A DNA stretch of 64,000 nt from Alphaproteobacteria bacterium (lineage in GTDB: Bacteria; Pseudomonadota; Alphaproteobacteria; UBA828). A program made the translations under genes and the position numbers. The notes beneath the pieces are model-generated. The model ran no database searches, was not told the DNA's origin, and saw only the letters and a list, made by a program, of their open reading frames with translations. Location: contig CBDCCI010000002.1 of NCBI GenBank assembly GCA_965214705.1, forward strand, positions 1,440,001 through 1,504,000, given 5' to 3'. Every line of letters starts with the position of its first letter. The first letter of the stretch is position 1. Shown piece by piece: positions 58,782-64,000 of this stretch.

Positions 58782-60572
58782 ATGTCATCGCCCGAACCCG
58801 CGCCGGGGACTCTCGACCCGGTCCTTCTTTCGGTGCTCTCCAACCGGCTCGACGGCATCGTGCGCGAGATGTCGAACACGCTGCTCAAGGCCGCGCGCTC
58901 GGCGGTGATCGCCGTGGCGCGGGATTTCTCCTGCGCGATCTGCACCGGCGACAACGAACTGCTGGCTACGGCGGAGGGCCTGCCGGTCCATATCTTCGGC
59001 TCGCACCTGCAGACGCGGGCGATGACCGAGCTGCACGACGATCTCGCCGAGGGTGACGCCTTCCTCCACAACGACCCCTACCTCGGCAACACCCACCCGG
59101 CCGACCACGCGGTGCTGGTGCCTGTCTTCATCGATGGCGAGCACCTGTTCACCGCCTGCGCCAAGGGGCATCAGGCTGACATCGGCAACAGCATCCCCAC
59201 CACCTATCACGCCGCGGCGAAGGACGTGTACGAGGAGGGCTCGCTGATCTTTCCCTGCGTCCGCGTCCAGCGCGACTACGAGATGGTCGACGACGTGATC
59301 CGCATGTGCCGCCGGCGCATCCGAGTGCCGGAGCAGTGGTACGGCGACTTCCTGGCCGAGCTCGGGGCTGCGCGCATCGCCGAGCGGCGCCTGAAGGAGC
59401 TCTGCGCCAAGTACGGCAAGGAGACCATCAAGACCTTCATCCGCGAGTGGTTCGACTATTCGGAGCGCCGCATGGTGCAGGCGATCAAGGAGCTGCCGAA
59501 GGCCGAGGTCGAGGCGGAGGGCGTGCACGATCCCTTCGAGCCCTTCCTGCCGGACGGCATCCCGATCAAGGTCCAGCTCCGCATCGATCCCGAGGAGGGC
59601 CGGGTCACCATCGACCTCCGCGACAACATCGACTGTCTCGACTGCGGCCTTAACGAATCCGAGGCCTGCGCGATCAACAACGTCGTGGCCGGCCTCTTCA
59701 ACTGTTTAGGCCCCGAGATACCGCACAACGGCGGGTCGTTCCGCCGCGTGGACGTGCTGCTGCGCGACGGCTGCGTGGTCGGCCGCCCGTCCTTCCCCCA
59801 CTCGACCTCGATGGCGACCACCAACGTCGCCGACCGCTTGGTCAACATCACCCACTCGGCGATGGCCCGGCTCGGCGACGGCTACGGCCTGGCGGAAGGC
59901 GGCAGCGCCATGGGCTCAGGCGGCGCGGTCATCAGCGGCCCGGATTTCAGGCGCGGCGGCGATCCTTACATCAACCAGCTCATGATGCTGGTGAACGGCG
60001 GGCCCGCCGGACCCAAGGCCGACGGCTGGGTCACCTACGTGCTGCCGGTGGTCTCCGGCCTCATGTATCGGGACAGCATCGAGCTCGCCGAGGTGAAGCA
60101 CCCGATGCTGTTCAAGACCGTGCGCCTCATGCCCGGCACCGGCGGCGCCGGTCGCCATCGCGGCGGCCCCGCCTGCGAGGTGGTCTACGGGCCGCGCGAG
60201 GACCCGATGACGGTGGTGATTCCCTCCGACTGTCAGATCAACCCGGCGCGGGGCGCGCAAGGCGGCCACGACGGCGCGCCGGCGGTCCAGTACAGGGTCG
60301 GCGCCAACGGCGACGAGACGCTGCTCCCCAACGTCGTGCAGCTTGCCCTGCAGCCGGGCGAAATGATTCGCGGCTTCGATGCGGGGGGCGGCGGGTACGG
60401 CGACCCGATGGAGCGCGATCCTGAGCGGGTGCGCATGGATGTCGCGCGTGGCTGGGAGACGCCCGAGCGCGCCCGTGATATCTACGGAGTCGTGCTGACC
60501 GGGGACCGGGAAACCGACTCGCTGGCGGTGGATCAGGCGGCGACCGAGGCCCTGCGAGCCACCGGTTCTTGA
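58782..60572 (+). CDS. Hydantoinase/oxoprolinase subunit B
   Basis: RDFSCA, NDPYLGNTHPAD, HQADIG, GGGGYGDP.ERDP. Confidence 0.93.
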   Translation: MSSPEPAPGTLDPVLLSVLSNRLDGIVREMSNTLLKAARSAVIAVARDFSCAICTGDNELLATAEGLPVHIFGSHLQTRAMTELHDDLAEGDAFLHNDPYLGNTHPADHAVLVPVFIDGEHLFTACAKGHQADIGNSIPTTYHAAAKDVYEEGSLIFPCVRVQRDYEMVDDVIRMCRRRIRVPEQWYGDFLAELGAARIAERRLKELCAKYGKETIKTFIREWFDYSERRMVQAIKELPKAEVEAEGVHDPFEPFLPDGIPIKVQLRIDPEEGRVTIDLRDNIDCLDCGLNESEACAINNVVAGLFNCLGPEIPHNGGSFRRVDVLLRDGCVVGRPSFPHSTSMATTNVADRLVNITHSAMARLGDGYGLAEGGSAMGSGGAVISGPDFRRGGDPYINQLMMLVNGGPAGPKADGWVTYVLPVVSGLMYRDSIELAEVKHPMLFKTVRLMPGTGGAGRHRGGPACEVVYGPREDPMTVVIPSDCQINPARGAQGGHDGAPAVQYRVGANGDETLLPNVVQLALQPGEMIRGFDAGGGGYGDPMERDPERVRMDVARGWETPERARDIYGVVLTGDRETDSLAVDQAATEALRATGS

Positions 60573-60638
60573 GGTGTCGTCTCCCCGCGCTGGCTCCACT
60601 CTTTCGGGTACTACGACGGCAAAATCGGGGTGCGAAGA

Positions 60639-61280
60639 ATGACGAGCATGGTGACGGGTCTGAGGATGCCGAGGAGCGCCACCGCAGCAGCCACGACGTG
60701 CATTCTCGCTCTGGCGGCGTTGCTCGCGCTTGGCGGTTGCGGCGCCGGGCCACTCTCCCCCATGGACGAGCCCACGCGGGCCGTCGGCGACGTAGAGGTC
60801 TGGAAAAGCCGGACGGGAACGACCACTCACACGCTCGTGGCGATCGAGACCGACTCGATTCGCTACGAGGTGGCGGAGAGCGGCTGCACCTACACAAGGC
60901 CGCGAGACGGCATCTCGCCATGGACGGCGTGGGAGAACTGCCGGCGCATTCCCGACGGCACTCAGACCGTCACCCTGACTTCCGGGCAAGTGTGGCCGCT
61001 CGAGATCGGACGGACGTGGCGCTACCGCAGAGTCGGATTGGATGCGAGCGCGAACCAGTGGGATGAGGAGGTGCTCTGCAAGGTGACGAAGCAAAGGCGC
61101 GTGGAGCGCTCGGTCGGCTTCTTTCGTACATTTTACACGGTATGCGAGTCGGAGACCGAACGACGCGTTCTCTATATCTCGCCTGACCTCGGGCGAAGCA
61201 TCCGAATCTGGTACACGCGCCTCGACCGGTCCGCGCCGCCCGAAAAGCGGGATCTGGTGCACTTCACACCCGGAAAATAG
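60639..61280 (+). CDS. Hypothetical lipoprotein
   Basis: Hydrophobic signal with LGGC lipobox and a beta-rich mature region with four Cys. Start uncertain. Confidence 0.6.
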   Translation: MTSMVTGLRMPRSATAAATTCILALAALLALGGCGAGPLSPMDEPTRAVGDVEVWKSRTGTTTHTLVAIETDSIRYEVAESGCTYTRPRDGISPWTAWENCRRIPDGTQTVTLTSGQVWPLEIGRTWRYRRVGLDASANQWDEEVLCKVTKQRRVERSVGFFRTFYTVCESETERRVLYISPDLGRSIRIWYTRLDRSAPPEKRDLVHFTPGK

Positions 61281-61438
61281 AGTGTCGGCGGCGCCCCCTT
61301 CTTAGCGTCTTGCCCTTGCCTACGGTGCGTGCTAACCCTGTCGCCGCTCGCGGCGGCCGCCGCGAGCGTGTCGTGATGGTTGCTCGTTTCTAGGTTCCCG
61401 AAGGCAATCCCATCAGGCAGTTCGAAGGGGGTTCGACC

Positions 61439-61993
61439 ATGGCTGACGCCGCGCCGCCCACGGAAAGCTCGTCCGAGCACGCGGGCACGCGACGCGACTT
61501 CCTGGTGCTCGCGGCCGGCGCCATGGGGGGCATGGCGGTCGTCGGCATCACCTGGCCGCTGATCGAGACCATGAACCCCTCGGCCGACGTGCTCGCTCTG
61601 GCGTCCACCGAAGTCGATCTTTCCGCTATCGAGGAAGGCCAGACCATCGTCGTGAAGTGGCGCGGCCGGCCGGTCTTCGTGCGCTATCGCACGGCGGAGG
61701 AAATCGCCGCGGCGCAGGAGACACCGCTCGACGACCTCTCCGACCCGCAGCCTGATTCGGAGCGGGCGCCGCAAGCGCAATGGCTGATCGTGGAGGGGGT
61801 GTGCACCCATCTCGGCTGCGTGCCGCTCGGCTCCAAGATCGGCGACCCGCGGGGCGAGTTCGGCGGCTGGTTCTGCCCCTGCCACGGCTCGCACTACGAC
61901 ACCTCCGGCCGCATCCGCAAGGGGCCGGCGCCGGCCAACCTGCCGGTGCCGAGCTACGAGTTCCTTGACGACGAACTGGTTCGGATCGGGTAG
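61439..61993 (+). CDS. petA: Ubiquinol-cytochrome c reductase Rieske subunit
   Basis: TRRDFL Tat motif, CTHLGC and CPCHGSHY. Confidence 0.97.
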   Translation: MADAAPPTESSSEHAGTRRDFLVLAAGAMGGMAVVGITWPLIETMNPSADVLALASTEVDLSAIEEGQTIVVKWRGRPVFVRYRTAEEIAAAQETPLDDLSDPQPDSERAPQAQWLIVEGVCTHLGCVPLGSKIGDPRGEFGGWFCPCHGSHYDTSGRIRKGPAPANLPVPSYEFLDDELVRIG

Positions 61994-62006
61994 GGGACCG
62001 CGCCGG

Positions 62007-63293
62007 ATGACGACACCCGTACCGCAGAACCGTGTCGCCCAGTGGATCGAGTACCGGCTGCCGGTCTTCAGCTGGACCAACAAGCACCTCATCGACTATC
62101 CGGCGCCGCGCAACCTGAACTACTGGTGGAACTTCGGCTCCCTCGCCGGGATCATGCTGGTGGTGCAGATCATTACCGGCGTTGTGCTGGCGATGCACTA
62201 CACGCCGCATGCCGATCACGCTTTCGATTCGGTCGAGCACATCATGCGCGACGTGGAGTGGGGCTGGCTCATGCGCTACCTCCACGCCAACGGCGCCTCG
62301 ATGTTCTTCGCCGTGGTCTACATCCACCTCTTCCGTGGCCTCTACTACGGCTCCTACAAGTCGCCGCGCGAGATCCTGTGGTGGATGGGCGTCATCATCT
62401 TGCTGCTCATGATGGCGAGCGCCTTCATGGGCTACGTGCTGCCGTGGGGGCAGATGAGCTTCTGGGCGGCGACGGTGATCACCAACATGACCTCGGCGAT
62501 CCCGTGGATCGGCGAGACGGTCGTCACCTGGCTGTGGGGCGGCTTCTCGGTCGATCACCCCACGCTCGTCCGCTTCTACGCGCTGCACTACCTGCTGCCG
62601 TTCGTGCTCTTCGGCGTGGTCTTCATCCACCTCTGGGCGCTGCACCACCGCAAGTCGAACAACCCGCTCGGCATCGATATCAAGAGCGAGAAGGACACCA
62701 TCCCCTTCCACCCGTACTACACGGTGAAGGACTCGTTCGGGATCGGCGTGATGATGTTCATCCTGCTGATCTTCACCTTCTACATGCCGAACGTGCTGGG
62801 CGAGGTGATCAACTACGAGAAGGCGAACCCGCTGCAGACGCCCGCGCACATCGTGCCGGAATGGTACTTCCTGCCGTTCTACGCGATTCTGCGCGCGATC
62901 CCCGACAAGCTCGGCGGCGTCGTGGCGATGGTCGCCTCGATCTTCATCCTCTTCATCCTGCCGTGGCTCGATTCGTCCCGGGTGCGGAGCGCGCGCTTCC
63001 GCCCGATCTACAAGTGGGCGTTCTGGGTCTTCGTCGTGGATTGCATCGCGCTCGGCTGGGTCGGCGCCAACACGCCCGAGGGCAACTTCATCTGGATCGG
63101 CCAGGTGACCACCGGCTACTACTTCGCGCACTTCCTCATCATCGTGCCGCTCATCGGCAAGTTCGAGCGGCCCACGAAGCTGCCAGAGAGCATCCATCAG
63201 GCGGTGCTGAAAGGTGGGGGTGAGGACGGGACTGCTGCGGCGCCGGCGGATGCTGCGGCTGCGGCACCGGCGGCGTCCGGGGAGAAAACGTGA
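62007..63293 (+). CDS. petB: Cytochrome b
   Basis: [34 protein letters not shown]. Confidence 0.97.
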   Translation: MTTPVPQNRVAQWIEYRLPVFSWTNKHLIDYPAPRNLNYWWNFGSLAGIMLVVQIITGVVLAMHYTPHADHAFDSVEHIMRDVEWGWLMRYLHANGASMFFAVVYIHLFRGLYYGSYKSPREILWWMGVIILLLMMASAFMGYVLPWGQMSFWAATVITNMTSAIPWIGETVVTWLWGGFSVDHPTLVRFYALHYLLPFVLFGVVFIHLWALHHRKSNNPLGIDIKSEKDTIPFHPYYTVKDSFGIGVMMFILLIFTFYMPNVLGEVINYEKANPLQTPAHIVPEWYFLPFYAILRAIPDKLGGVVAMVASIFILFILPWLDSSRVRSARFRPIYKWAFWVFVVDCIALGWVGANTPEGNFIWIGQVTTGYYFAHFLIIVPLIGKFERPTKLPESIHQAVLKGGGEDGTAAAPADAAAAAPAASGEKT

Positions 63294-64000
63294 TGCGCGG
63301 CGCCCTCCTCGCCGGGCTGATCGGCGCCTTCGCGCTCTTCGGCGGCAACGCAGCGCTCGCGGCCGGCGACACGCCGAACGTCCCGGATCAGGACTGGCAG
63401 CACGAAGGCGTCTTCGGCACCTTCGACCGGGGCGAGCTACAGCGTGGCTTCCAGGTCTTCCAGGAAGTCTGCTCCGCGTGTCATTCGCTCCAGTACATCG
63501 CCTTCCGCAACCTGGTGGAGATCGGCTTCACCGAGGAGGAGGCGAAGGCGATCGCCGCGGAGTACGAGGTCGAGGACGGGCCCGACGACGAAGGCGAGAT
63601 GTTCGACCGGCCTGCCCGGCTCTCCGATTACTGGCCCTCGCCCTTTGCCAACGACAATGAGGCGCGGGCCGCCAACGGCGGCGCGCTGCCGCCCGACCTC
63701 TCGCTGATCATCAAGGCGCGTGAGGGCGGTCCAGACTACATCTACGCGCTGATGACCGGCTACGAGGAAGAGGCGCCGGAGGGCATGGAGCTTTCCGACG
63801 GCATGAACTTCAACCACTTCTTCCCGGGCCAGCAGATAGCCATGGTGGAGCCTCTCTACGACGAGGCGGTCGAATATGTCGACGGCACGCCCATGACCCT
63901 CGAGCAGCATGCGCGGGACGTGACCGCCTTCCTCTCCTGGACCGCGGAGCCGGAGCTGGAGGAGCGCAAGCAGACCGGCCTCAAGGTGCTGATCTTCGTC
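63293..64000 (+). CDS. petC: Cytochrome c1 (runs off the window)
   Basis: Manual translation: signal peptide, LQRGFQVFQEVCSACH heme motif, ANGGALPPDLSLI. Confidence 0.95.
   Translation, partial: MRGALLAGLIGAFALFGGNAALAAGDTPNVPDQDWQHEGVFGTFDRGELQRGFQVFQEVCSACHSLQYIAFRNLVEIGFTEEEAKAIAAEYEVEDGPDDEGEMFDRPARLSDYWPSPFANDNEARAANGGALPPDLSLIIKAREGGPDYIYALMTGYEEEAPEGMELSDGMNFNHFFPGQQIAMVEPLYDEAVEYVDGTPMTLEQHARDVTAFLSWTAEPELEERKQTGLKVLIFV

Noticed and set aside
63195-63293. Ala-rich C-terminal tail of cytochrome b
   Set aside because: A low-complexity extension before the petB/petC overlap, with no evidence of a fusion or special function.

Overview
GC-rich alphaproteobacterial chromosome segment, probably Rhodospirillales-like (inferred from gene order and protein style). 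Core genes are tRNA-Glu, recJ-glpX-hom, phaC, argC-rpsI-rplM and petABC. Two accessory catabolic blocks flank them. Block 1 (1-24.3 kb, 3' of tRNA-Glu) holds a sugar ABC/GMC/XRE/ThDP-enzyme/cupin/HisD-like cluster and a peptide-type ABC operon with a triple-Rid protein, a deacetylase and two amidohydrolases. Block 2 (34.2-61.3 kb) holds an SDR, a GMC oxidoreductase, a long UxaA-family dehydratase, a broken MmeI-like R-M gene, M24/acyl-CoA ligase/crotonase genes, a Liv-type ABC transporter, an aminotransferase and hydantoinase A/B. Three complete IS insertions with inverted repeats and target duplications are visible. The most striking observation concerns two apparently identical 1679-bp ISKra4-like copies: each interrupts a gene so that a short outward ORF, whose TTG overlaps the transposase stop, is fused in frame to the rest of the host gene, which suggests an IS that re-starts the genes it breaks. 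A third, unrelated IS also reads out in frame into its target. All family assignments come from motif recognition only; no database searches were run.
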